Assembly (NCBI GenBank): GCA_050230475.1
Contig: JBFLGF010000060.1
Span: 1-64,000, forward strand
Direction of reading: 5' to 3'
Source of the DNA: Ancylonema sp.
Taxonomy: Eukaryota
DNA length: 64,000 bases
The notes beneath the pieces are model-generated. The model did not search any database. It had not been told where the DNA came from and saw nothing but the letters and a program-made list of their open reading frames with translations. The position numbers and the translations under genes are program-made. Numbering within the stretch: the first letter of the stretch is position 1; every line of letters begins with the position of its first letter. This document shows, in pieces, positions 40,476 through 53,300 of this stretch.

Positions 40476-41379
40476 CATAGTTGCACGAACCGGCTGTTTT
40501 GGTTTTTTGGAACCGGTTCCGAGATGGAACCGTTTCGGAACCGGACGAACCGGGTGATTTTTAGGGTTTTCCTCCCTCCCCCAGTATAACATTTTTTCCC
40601 TCCCAAAAAATGTACGCGGGGAAAATATATCGTTGTACATATTCATGTTGGTGACTCCACGTCACTTTCAGACGCTAAATTTATTAGATATTTCATCAGG
40701 AAAATGTGGCGCGGCCATTGCAAGTTTTGCTTTCTTTTGCAATTTTATTGGCCGAAAATAGCATCCGACCTTTTACTCTGGCACACACATCCGGCTTTGG
40801 AGAAGCAAGGGATGTGGAAGGTAGAGGAGAAGAGTATAATATAAAAGTAGTGTTAGATATTTGAGAGCACAATTTGAAATATAAAATACAAGGAAGGTTG
40901 ACGCATAGGTCAAGCGCCATTAGATTACGGGTGAAATCATAGTCTCGCAACATTTTCACATGGAAGTATTATTCTGAAATGGGAATGAGGAAAAATATAT
41001 GAAACGGAGATGATCATAGGATGATCACAAGAAGGTACAAGAATTTCATTTAACTAATCGTACATTAAAAAAATAGTTTGCAATAGAAAAATAGTTTGCA
41101 AGCAAAACAGACATGCAAAAAAAATGAGGGTGTTCACATGCGGAAAATCGTTTTGAGTTTTTTTACAATAGATATCATTTGTTTGATATTTTTGTTGGAT
41201 AGAGCATGACGAGCTATCGAAAAACTGTCTTTCGATTTTTCCCGTGCAATATAACCCCTCAAAACGACGATTAAATGAGAAAACCCTAAATCTCCCGGTT
41301 CCGAACCGCGGCGACTTTTGCCGGAGTCGGTTCCATCTAAGATACGGTTCGGAAACGGTTCGGAGTTCGTGCAACTATG
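40476..41379. mobile_element. hAT-type MITE (904 bp)
   Basis: TIRs CATAGTTGCACGAAC / GTTCGTGCAACTATG; TSD GTCGCCGT / GTCTCCGT (7 of 8 match); GAACCG subterminal repeats. Confidence 0.88.
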
Positions 41380-41581
41380 GTCTCCGTACGATGTGTATTC
41401 GTTGGAATGCATTATACCATGTTATTTTATTGCATTCTTCGATGCGATTTCATTCGCGAGATACTTATGCGTACTTGATTAACGAATAGAAGAGCACAAA
41501 ATACGGATGGCATGCCCTTACAAACCACTCGAATGGTCGAAAGAAGTTCACTTAGACGGTCCTTAGACAATAGAATCAAAA

Positions 41582-41793
41582 CATAGTTGCAATCCGTTAT
41601 ACGGTCACCGCATATTGTTTATGTTCGGAACGTACGGCCCAAAGTAACTACCTGCTTGGCATGGAACAATTTGTACTTGCCGCATTACGATGCATCGTTT
41701 TTGCCAGGCGGGTCTCGGATGCGATCCGGCTCGCACGCGAATTGGCTCGGAGCCGGGTTCACAAAATCCGCGAGCGGAACGGTACCAACTATG
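41582..41793. mobile_element. Degenerate CATAG-ended MITE
   Basis: CATAGTTG...CAACTATG termini; body related to 11991-12090 and 36510-36574; no TSD. Confidence 0.55.
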
Positions 41794-42892
41794 GGTATTT
41801 AGAACCGAAGGCGGATGTGCGTAGTCTCGCACATTTCGTTACTGAAAAAAAAAAAAAAAAAAAAAAAAACATATGCTCGTTACAATGTTGAGAATCTCAA
41901 CATTGAAATTCATCTCAACTATCTCAACTTGAGATACCACACGATTGTTTACTCCCTAATTGGCCCCAAATGATTTGGTATGTTTCTAGACGAGTCATGG
42001 GCACGTTCGGTACGTGGTCAGACAAAAGAGCGTCCGCGACGCAACGAAGGCCTCCGCAATTTCGTGTTGCGATTATCGTGATTGTCGTGATTATCCGTGT
42101 GTCTATCGCTTGCCGTTTCCCTCCCGTTAGTGTCAACCACACGTGTCACACCGGTTTTGTAAAATTGAGATGGGGGTCCAAAAAATGCTCCGGCTATGGA
42201 CTTGCTACTTGAACTAGAGGTTTCAAAGTTTTTCTAGTCAAGTTTGCGGGAGCACAAATCTTGCACACGTCATGGAGGATTTTGACTATTTTGGTATATG
42301 GTTCTCATTTACGGGATGTATCATTTCATATGCTGTAAGTGACCCATCGGGTACCTCATGTACCTCATATGCGATGACAAGAGTAGTAGCAAAAGCTTAA
42401 CTTGTTAAAGGGCACACTGCACCTTTCTATAGGCACCTAATCGGGTTGTTTTTTTTGCGGTACCTTTTTAGTGCTAGTGAAGTGTGCTCAGACTTGATTT
42501 CCGAAGGTTGTCCTTGTTGGCAAGATCAATGAATGGAGTCAAAACTTAGATGATAACTTCCATAAACATACTAACTTCCATATGACATTGACAATTTAGA
42601 GTTTGATCAGAGGGCTAGTAAGTGACCAAAGCACAACCCATTAAAAAATACGGCCAAAATCAAATAAATCGGGTGTTTCTAAGATACACAAAAACCTATT
42701 GGGCTGAAGTCACAGCCCCTCCTACATTATAAATTTAAGCTAAGCACTTCAATTTCGATTATTTCGCGGCTCATCACAAAACCATTTCTTGTTTCTAAAG
42801 CAACGTTTGTTGTACAACAGAAAAAAAAGAACAGCCTGACAAAAGAAAACAAGCAAAATTGGCGTCCTAGAAGGACATCGTGGTACACTCCC

Positions 42893-45579
42893 TCAAGCCT
42901 TCGGTTTGAAAGAGTCTGGAACAGTCTCGGGAGTAAAGTAGCGTGTGGCCACTTCCTCAGCACTCACAAACCGTACCTGCACAATACGGTACGATACAAG
43001 GTGCACCAACAAAATGACCCCATAAAATGCCTTCCCTAAAAGGTTTGATAAAAGGCGTTCTTGGCCGGAAATTCAACCCCTCTCCAAAAACTCCCTCGTA
43101 GGGCCAGCATACGCAACACATGAGATGGGACAAGGAAGAGTTTCTTTGCTACCTCCCAAAGAGGAAGCAGAGAAAAAATGGCACTTTAGTACCAACATCA
43201 TGTGTTTGTGACCATACGCTTATCCTAAAAACACTCAAAATGTGCCCCAAACAAAAACCCTCAATTGCACACAGTGCAAGCACCGGTGGGTTGGTGCCAT
43301 GTCTTACCAGGTCTGCGTATGACTTCAGGAGTGGCTTGATGACGGCCCACCCGGGTTGGAACACAAAGGGGGCATCCACGAATAAAACTTCGCTTAAGCG
43401 CTTGGGGTAGTAGTTGAAGAAAATGTCCACCTGATCAAAATCAACTACATATCGGCATGGGATCGTTTGTGAGGTCCGCGCAGAATGACACTCTAGCTAA
43501 CTTGAATTCTGGCGAGATTCTGTTTGATTCCCCCTAAAATCATAAAACTGGCCGGGCTGGGGGAATTGGTTCGAAAATTGCGTGGGGGTGTCAAAACACC
43601 TCTAAAACAAAAAAAAACAAAAAAAAACAAAAAAAGAGCAAGAATCCTGGGGGAGGAAATACTTGAAAACATAATTGAAAATAAAGAATTTAGAGAAAAC
43701 CAGCGTTAAGTAGTAAGGGCTTGGGGGGACAGAATGGGGGGAGCTAACATGACTATTTGCAGATGGGGGTTGCATTAATTGCCTCCGCGGATTGGTGGGG
43801 GAGAGGGGTAAGAGAGGGGGAGAGGGAGACTGGAATTTCCAAATCTTACTCCTCACTGTCCTAGCCGTGATCGAGTAGTGTAAATTACACACGATCCTCA
43901 TGATATTAAGAATGTTTACAAACCAAAAAAAAAAAAAGGCAATTGGTGGGGAAGGAGGCCGATACCATCTTTAGTGTTGATTTGAACGCAATATTCCAAT
44001 GCTCAATAACACTTTTTTGGTCTTTGATCAACCTTGGCGATGGCCTTGGGATTTTTCATGATAGTTCATGATAAGGACACATTTTGGGTGGGGGGAAGCA
44101 GCTCACAAAAAACTTGACCCAAACCAGATCTGCATTCTTGGCCCCGAACCCTCTCAAGTCGAAGATGCCCAAAAATTGTTCCTTGCCAGCTGGCAGATTG
44201 CCAAGGGCCTCCTCCACCAAGTGGACACACAATTGCTGACTAGGCACAGGATCTTTCTGCATCACCCAGGAGTCTGCCACGTCAGCATTGCAAAGGGGCA
44301 GAAACGGGCAGGGGACGAAAGAAAAAGGGCAGAAAGGGCACTTAATGGGCAGAAGAAGGGCAGAAAACTTGCAGATAGCAGGCACTGATGGCCTCACTTT
44401 CCAGCCTCTGTTCTCAGGTGTCTGCAACATACGGAGCATGTTCTTGTCTTTTCCGTACCCCTCCAACGTGATTGGCTGCGGTGACAATGATGACAGGCTG
44501 GCCAGTGACATCAGGGTAGGCGTGCAGCCGCGCCTTCCCGGAAGCAAACTCCCTAGCAATCATTACCGGCGTGATGTCATCCACACCAAACTCGGATCGC
44601 CATTTCTGAGCACAGGATTCAGCCAGTCAAGGCCTGAACTTCTCCAAAATGCTTGTCCTGAATGTGGCTTTCCTGTAAATACAATGTCCCGACAAGTTCT
44701 TATGAGTGAGAGTGGATACGATGAATCTGGCCACTTTTGTGACAGCTGCCTCCACGTTGTACTTTCTGTCTCTGAGGAACCACGTCAGCAGACCATCGTC
44801 ATCTCTCCCGTAGCGACCCAAGGGGAGGTCAGTGTGATGGGCAGACAAACGGGATCTGGTCTCGTGGACCAACTGCGCAGGAGGCACACACACCCTCTCA
44901 TTGGTGGCTCACAATCTGGTTTGAGGTGGGGGAAGGATCAGAGTTCAGGGCGTGACATTGTCATGCAGTTCCCATGCATGGTCTGCTGTCATGTCACTTT
45001 CTCCGCTCATATACTTTGGACGTTGTTGGTATCGTAGTAATGCGAAACGTATGTTTTTAGGGCGGGGGGGGAAAAGGGGCGCAATGAAACGTGTCAGTCT
45101 ACGCGTCACATTCTGGGTGAAAACCAGAAAGTATTGATTAGACAGGATATTAATTCGCACAGTATTGTATATAGACTGGGCTTACGGTATTGTGGTTTTC
45201 TTGGCATATGTAGAAAGGCGTACGGAAATAATGAGTCTGGTCTTCCTCTTGCTGAGGGTAACGAAGCGAGAATAGAATGTCACCTTCTCGAGGTCGGCAC
45301 CTTCGGGGAGCACGGCAGCTTCCTGGATGCCAGTGGCGTCTGCTTCAGCTCGGACCAATGGCACGCGCGATTGCTTGAACGAGATTTTACTTTGACGCAG
45401 AAACTGGCATTGCGCTGCATTGGGATGACGGACAATTGAAATTCAATACAGTCATTCCGATGTTTCCCAGTTTCGAGACCATATTGTGAAGAAAAAACTA
45501 GCATTCGACATAAGAAGCAGCGGAAGCGTTTGAATGGTGCCTGCATTGGCATATCCGTTTCTACTCGTTCCGGAAGCAT
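42893..45579 (-). CDS. CPSFL1: Chloroplast Sec14-like CRAL-TRIO lipid-transfer protein, CPSFL1-like; exons ~45284-45579, 44720-44872, 44459-44605, 44107-44256, 43308-43430, 42893-42976
   Basis: [23 protein letters not shown] / [12 protein letters not shown] / [16 protein letters not shown] / [20 protein letters not shown] / [10 protein letters not shown]-rich transit-like N-terminus; start codon uncertain; family call from recalled similarity. Confidence 0.85.
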
Positions 45580-47059
45580 GCACCATGCGCTACAAGCATT
45601 CTCGAAAGGCGAAAGTGAAGGGGATCCAAACACAGTCCACACCTGGAGATCCGAAGAGAGACGCGGATTTGAGAACGACATTGCTTCTTCCCAGCTGAAA
45701 GTAAATCAAATGGACCAAGCGCTGCTCTATCGCTGTCACCGGCACCTTGTGGGTTTTGGCCCTACTCTCAGAGCATCTACTTGTGCATTGTCGAGTGTTA
45801 AGGATGTGAATTGACGAGGTGGCATGCCCAGAAATAAGCGCATTCATCATAATCCTCTTGGCAGGTTATTCGACCTAAATATGAATCAGAATAAATGAGG
45901 CTCGACAATGGTTGAAAGAGCTGATGAGGGAAAGCGGAGGTGGATTTCCAGCTGGAATATTTTTCTCATCCCTGACAAAAAGGAGTTATTCGCTCCGTCG
46001 CTGGTATCCGGGGATGCTCTCCCGATATAAGGACCCTCTTTATCAAAACAGCATCGATATAAGGACTTTTTTTTTTTTTTTTTTTTTTTTTTGGATTCAA
46101 TACAAAATCGTCCTCGATACAAGCATAACGACACTCTGTATATTATACTGTGTGTAATGACAACTTTAATTCAAAAAATGGTTATTAAATTTCCTTCTAC
46201 TGTGTGTATAACATTTTTTTCTCGCGTGTAACGATATAGAAATCGAGAAAAACATAGAATTCAAAAATTACAAAATAACTTCGATGCAAGTGATGAAAAT
46301 TATGGGTACAAACGAATATTCAACGCAAATATAGGCTTCTTCCATGCAGATTAGGGTCGATACTATCATGTCGAGATCAGTATGTGTGCCCGTTTGGTAT
46401 GCCATATCGCAAGTTGTTGCTAAAAATATTGTAATCTATTTAAATCAAGAGCATGTATACAAAGGATTTGAATAAATCTGATTTGTTGGAATGTATTTGG
46501 TTTCCGGTTCACAATTCGGAACGAATACGTTTTTCTTCATGTTTTTTTTTTTTTTCCAACAATAGTCCAAGTTGTTCATGACCATAGTGTTGACTAAATG
46601 ACCAACAAAATATGCGAGTACTTTGTTGCTTAGTACGACCTTATTACTCCCCGACTCTCCTCGTAAAGTTGGTTAAATCTATTTTGCTAGTCGCACTATA
46701 TTGGTCTCATTACGCACTTGTAATGAGTGTATGAGGATACCTCGGTATAAGTTTTTTTTTCCCCCTTTCTTGGAAGGAGCACGGTATCGCCTAAAATGAT
46801 CTCTCGATATAACGACCTTCTTTCCGATGACAATCTTGATATAACGACGTTTGGAGGTTTTACAATCCTACGTTCTTGTGTCTAGAAAGGGGATTATTAG
46901 ACACACTACCATATTTTTTTATGCGCCCGAATTGCTGTCCGGTCTGTCATAATGCATCGTGTAGTGTGGGAAATTTAAGTTGAAGCCTCGGACCGCCATT
47001 GCGTACACTCTCCGTGGACACCGAACAATAGAGAGTGACCTTCAATGAGTTCGTTAATC

Positions 47060-48170
47060 TTAATCTTGTTCAAACCACAACACGATTTCCGGCCTCATCT
47101 TCGACCAAGAGAAGTTTGATACGGATGCAGCGAGTGAGCCCGAATATGAAAGCGTCGCGATAGAGAATGAGGCATCTCCAAGCTCTTTTGGCCCATTGAG
47201 GAAAGGGAACCTGTTGGAAATAATTGTGTCTACACTCGTGAACCTAAATGATAAAACTGACGCCACTTTGTATTGAGACGCTGGTGCATCGAGATTCAAT
47301 GTTGATCGTTTTTGATATTCCACGAGGAGGTTTTCATCATCAAGACTTAGAAGCAGGAGGAACGTGAGGGACCAGAAACTAGTCAATGCACGGAACGTAT
47401 TTTGGGTTGTCAAAGTGACATCAAGACTATTGATGCTTGGGGCGCGAAAAGCGATTGACTCAAGACCACCCGCTACAGAGTGGTTGGGTTTCAGAGTGAG
47501 GGTGGTCAAACGGGGGCAGTTGAGGGAGTGTGCCATTGGTTTTTCGGATTCCCTAACATCCCCCCTAATGCGGAGGACATTGAGGTCCGGACATTCCACA
47601 GCGAGGGCGTGGGAGATTAAATACGGGAACTCGAGCAACTTGAGTTTTGGGTCGCAGATTCGGATCGAGAGGTAGCCCTTGGTATCATTGCTAACCACTA
47701 ACGACTCGAGGTTGGGGCAATCTGTTGGGAGACGTTGAAAGAAGGACGGGTTGAGGCATTTGCCTGGCAACTCTATGACCCTCAAGTTCACACCATATGT
47801 CCCTTCTAATGACATCATCCCTACCCAGACTCTCTTGTATTGATCCCCGAAGCACACCTCTTCAGCCACTCCCAAAACCCTCGACAAAGAATTGTCCCTG
47901 AAATGGACGTTGTTCCCCAACACCCCCCCAACAAGCCCCTTTCCGGATTCTTGCCACGTTTGTAACAAAGACGTAATCCGCAAGTCACTTTCCTCCACAA
48001 CACAGACCTTCTCTCACAGCCCTCTCATAGTTACGGTTCACTGACTTCACCTCCACACGGTCCCTCTGCGGAAGATACAAAAGTACCTCTACGATTAACT
48101 CCGTGTATAAGTCCCCCCAATCCCTTTTTTCTCCCGGCGCTCGCCTCATAGCCGCCCCCATCACACTCAA
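47060..48170 (-). pseudogene. Intronless F-box/LRR-like gene with two apparent frameshifts
   Basis: WGDLYTELIVEVLLYLPQRDRVEVKSVNRNY (F-box), LWRKV in a second frame, DCPNLESL / ECPDLNVL / NCPRLTTL repeats in a third frame. Confidence 0.7.
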
Positions 48171-48913
48171 ACACCTTTCTTGTTGACTGCTTTCTTCGTC
48201 TACTTTGCCGTCCGATCAATTTCATATTCAAGTTTCCCTAACGTGCGATGGGACGGAATACTCGCCAAGCTGACTTTAGCACCTGCGTTGCACAAAAATA
48301 TACATGTGGAGATGTTTTAGAGACCTCTCCGTCAACGAACTTGACACTTTGTATCTTTTGGGTCTCAAGCGACCTTGGATGCATGGAAAGGAAGGTTGCT
48401 TCAATCGAAGGTATGTATCATCTTGCGCTTCTAGTCCGTGAACATAGAGCTGCGAGCAGGTTTAAATAACTTGAACATCGCAATATCGAAATTGGACACT
48501 TCGGACACTCATCCCAAACAAATCTGGTAATACGCCTAGAGGTTTGGTGCAGATAGATTCATAGATTCAATTTTTATGCTCTCGCGCATAGAACTTCAAT
48601 GTAGTCAACGACAAAATATCAGTTTCCAAACGAAGGCATCCGGAGGCCTCCTCGTGGCCAACCGATTTGCAGAAGAATGTTCAAAAAGTCGACTTCGCTT
48701 CAGGATCAAGTACGCCAATAATAAGGGTTCAGTTTAAATGACGGGCCGGATCACGTGGCAAGAGTACCATGCCTCACCTTGAGTCCGGATATCCGTTTCG
48801 ACATTTCAGTAGCCTGCCGCTAAGGAGAAGCCTCACGAGAGCCAGGCTTAGTCACACTTCAACTCTGAAATAAGTCCATGATGGCCTCTTAACCAGGGGA
48901 GAGTGGTATCGAT

Positions 48914-49435
48914 CATAGTTGGCCCCGCCCCGGGCGGGATATTTCCCGCCCGGGGCGCCGCCCGGGGCGGGCTCGCCCGGGGCGAAAAGCGGGGCGGGAT
49001 TTGGGGGGCGGGGCCATAGACCAAAATACAAAAAAAATAAAAATGCCGCAAAGCGGAGATATGGCTGGTTATGTAAAAAACCGAGTTCTTGCACAATGTG
49101 CACCATACGCCACAAGTCCGACATCATCTAATGTCACCCATCATGAGTCCGACTCGTGGCGTGGTGTGGTATAATGCGATTAAAAAAAAACAACAAGAAA
49201 ACAAAACTTGAGCTATACAAAAGAATATTACACGGGTACAGATGGCATGCGTACTTAGTGTTATAAAATATTGAATACCAGTCGGATTTGAATTTTAAAA
49301 ACATGTACATGATCTACGTGGTCTTGGGGTCTTTTTACAAAAAACCTAAAAAACCTCTATGGCTCCGCCCCGGGCGGGATATTCTCCGCCCGGGGCGGAA
49401 AGCGGAGCGGGATTCGCGGGGCGGGGCCAACTATG
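48914..49435. mobile_element. hAT-type MITE (522 bp)
   Basis: TIRs CATAGTTGGCCCCGCCCCG / CGGGGCGGGGCCAACTATG; exact TSD GTATCGAT (48906-48913, 49436-49443). Confidence 0.92.
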
Positions 49436-49555
49436 GTATCGATAGCACAGGTGCCGATAAACTATTTATTGAAAGCACGTTGGAAGAACAACCCTTTCAT
49501 CTGTGCATCACCTCCGCAGTAGTGGGAAAGTTCCAACTTGGAACCGTCGCTGATA

Positions 49556-50123
49556 CAGTAAACCCTTGATATAGTGACACTCGATATAGTGACAATCACG
49601 ATATAGTGACAATTTTTTTGCCCTTTTTCTAATCCTATATAAAAACCCACCCGATATAGTGACAATTGCTATAGTGACACACGTTACAGTGACTAAATTT
49701 TCCCAAATTTTACTATTGAGATGTCACTGTAGATTGAAACCTGTCTAAATTAACGTTGTGAAAATTAATAACCTCCCAAATATAATAGAAAACAAATTAT
49801 TAATAAATTAATAACCTGTCTGAATTAATATTTTATACCTGTCATAACATTATTACTTCAAAGAGGGTTTCTGAAGCAAGTGGATATTAAACAAACGGGT
49901 AAAACGCCATATAATTGACTTCCCTTGTTCAGTAAAAAACTCTGCACACCTTATTTGGTTGCTCGAAATAACCTAAATTCCACTTTCCTTCGATATAGTG
50001 ACATTGGCTTAATGTCGCCTTATCAAATGTCACTATATAGTGTATAGTGACACCCCTGGCATTCGATACAGTGACATTATTTTCCACTGTCTATAAAACT
50101 ATCACTATATCGAGGGTTTACTG
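49556..50123. mobile_element. pogo/Tc1-mariner-type MITE
   Basis: TA|CAGTAAACCCTTGATATAGTGA...TCACTATATCGAGGGTTTACTG|TA; ATAGTGAC internal repeats; related remnant at ~36690-36760. Confidence 0.88.
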
Positions 50124-50381
50124 TACCTGGAAACTGTAATCGTGCGCCTCGTGAGTCACGATCGCACGGTGCACGCCTGTATTTGAGTTCCCTGTACAAG
50201 GTATAAGAAATACTCGATATTAGAAACATTTCCCCCGACCTGCCTTGGTTTCTTATATCGGGTTTTGAGAGTAATAGTTGGCAACGTCACAGTGGTCGAT
50301 TCCATCCGATGTCGACGTGGCTGCCGGAAACCTCCTCTGCACTCCAACTCGTTACACTGGATTGAGGACGCACCGGAACTG

Positions 50382-53300
50382 ATGGCCCGGTTCGCTATTG
50401 CGCACCTCTCTGCAGGAAGGCGCATGGTTGTTGTGAAGATCACGTTGTAAGCTATTTACTCCGGCAGGAGCTGCAGGAGCTGCAGGAGATGCCTTGGTCG
50501 CAGCTTTGCATGGCAGTTTATTCCCCGTGACCCTTAATAATTCACGTTTGACTCTGTTTTCGAAGTATGTGAGCCTATCTGGCCGTGCTTGTAAGAAATA
50601 TGTACCAGTCCATTGATCGCTCAAACCTGAGAAGGGATGGACGGTGAAAAGGAGCCAGAGTAAGTCTCTCGCGCTTTTGCATGTTAATTCCAGGGGGGCT
50701 GCTAAATATTCATTGAGTACTCACTTTGGCTGTAATGCTCCTGTGCTGAATCGCTTGACCGTGTGTCCAATCTTGCAGGATGAAAGATGTTGTGATGACG
50801 GGAGCGGATCCAGCGGGGAATGATCTGAAGGAAGTTTTCAGGAGCAAGATGGTGAAGTAAGCGATAGGAAAAGTAGGAAGGAAAGGAAAGTATGAAGTGT
50901 AGGAAAAGTATCGTTTTGCCAATTGGCGACAACGCTGGCGATGAATTGGCAAGCTGAGCTGGAAGATTGCCTTCTTCTTGAATCATTGGTCTATTACACC
51001 AGCGCCTTCACGTTTACACACGCCTGAATACCAGATATCACGAGGGTCTGACGAATCATGTCACAAACTTTCAGGATCGTGAAAGATCTGTGCGACCGAG
51101 GTCAGCCAGTGAATGAAGCTGCAGCCCTTGCGATCAGAATCACGTGCGGTGCTGGTACGTAGAAAGTGGACAAGTTGAGCAGGGTAGTAGGAGGAGGACA
51201 GGTCACACGAATTACTGCACACATTTCTGTACGGTTGACTATCAATCAGAATTCTCCCGTCTTTTCCACTGCTTTTGGTGTTGGTGCGGGGGGTGTTAGA
51301 AGGAAAACGAAAATCCAGTCTTTCAGATATCACAGGTCCACCTTGTGACTTATCTTTGAGGATCTGACAATCCTAGAAGACATACCTGCAAGAAAAAAGA
51401 AAATGAAAAAAAATCGAATTGCTGCCTGATTTACATACCTGTTCTCAGAGTACATGTAGCACTCCTCCCAGAGAGACTTTCAAAATAGTCCCTCAACCTC
51501 AACCCGACCCCAACTTTAACCCAACCCTGGCCCGTGTAGTCCGTGGTGGTCCAATGGCAGTCCACCCGCCTCCCCATCTCCCCCACCTGCTGTCCACGCT
51601 GGCAGATGCGCGATCCAATCCATCGCCTGCCACCGTAGATGGACTGAAATCGATGGTGGCAGCCGCGTTTGCGGTTCCGGAGTGCATGGGCGTTACTTTC
51701 CTCAGGTCGCCCAAGACGCCCAAGGACCCAACGGCACCGGGTATGGAGGGAGGGAAGAAGACACTTGCTGTGTGTGCCTGGATGGGGGGCACAGAGAGAG
51801 GAAAGTGGAATAAAACAAGGATAGGGAATGTGTGTTGATGAGGGGTTGGCGAAGTTGAGGTGCCAATGGCGACTCATGTTTGAACAGGGTTTGGTATTGC
51901 CAGTAGTCTCTATTCCAGTTTTTTAGGGATGAAACTCTGGACAGGGAGGTTAGCGTGTACTGGAGTTGGTACTTCAAGCAGAGCAGATGTAGGGTGTGAT
52001 TCGTACCTGCGTGTCGCTGGGCACCAGTATCGTGGGAATGGTAGCAGGCCATAGTGTTCCCTGCTGACTTATGAAGAGCAGACTGAGCGTGTGTACACAA
52101 GTTGTGTCTTGACGAAGCATACAAAGGAAGAATAGATGTGAAACGATAGCAGTGAGGTGTTGGGAAGTGTGGACCATTTGCCTTCCTCTTCAGTGAGGAG
52201 TGGGGTGGGAAGCCAAGTCTGAGTTGATGCTCGGTGGGGTGGGGCAGGATTCGATGGGGAGTCGTTGAAAACATTCTATGAGGGGATTGTGAAGCTGGTG
52301 AGTGGTGTGCTCATGGGCTCATGGTTCCGAATGCGTGGAATCAAACTGGTGAGATCTGGCCAGGAAGGATGGCAGGTTACAGAAAGTAAAAATCTAAATC
52401 CATTATACAAAATTCCTGTCTTATTCCGTATGTACAAAGCAGGGAGTGTGAAAGTTGTGAATTCAAGAATGATTGATTTTTTTTTCTGGTTTTTTTTTCA
52501 GGACCATGATGAGGTGAGCGCCACGCTGATGTCAGCGGTGAAGGATTCCGTACACCACCTGGCAGCATCAGCAGCCAGAAACTCCCTGGAAGTTTCCGTA
52601 CTGCACCCCATAATCGGATTGCTCATGGTATCCGAACCGATACCCCGCAACCCGCAACCTGCAACCCGCAACCCACAAAATCACGCCCCAGAGTCCAGGG
52701 CGGGGTATTTATATATCAACTTCAATTGCTGTGTTTCAGAATCCTTTGTTCCTTGAACCCGAGCACCATCCCGTTTTGGAGTCTCTGTGCACTCTGGTGG
52801 TCACCCTTCCGCAGACGAACCAGGACAAGGCAGACAAGGGGAAAGTGGGGGGGCAGGTAGACAGGTAGGGGGGGGTCAGAGATATGTATGGATACGCAAA
52901 GCATTGTATACACACATTTGTGATATGTGGTGAGATATATTCGTGTGCATATGTGAAGTTGTGTAAACGATTCTACATACACTTCCGTATTCGAATGACT
53001 CCGTGTACATACACAGGGGCGGCACAGTACATGTACACACGTCTATGTCAGGGAAAATTGGAAATAAGAATCCAAGTAGTGGTTTTTGTATCAATTTCTC
53101 AGTTACATCACTTTTTGTACATGGAAACCCGGGAAATAGGCAATAGGAATGGTTGTGTAGCAAATAGTCATTTGTATTAAAGTTTCTTTTGCCAGGTTCC
53201 AAATGTATGTACATAAGCATGTATATATTTACTTTCATGTATATGTACATATTCTCGTGTATGCACACGTATAGTCATGTATATATGAATGAATTCATAT

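Noticed and set aside
44288..45037. 249-aa plus-strand ORF
   Set aside because: Antisense to CPSFL1-like exons and introns; no domain features
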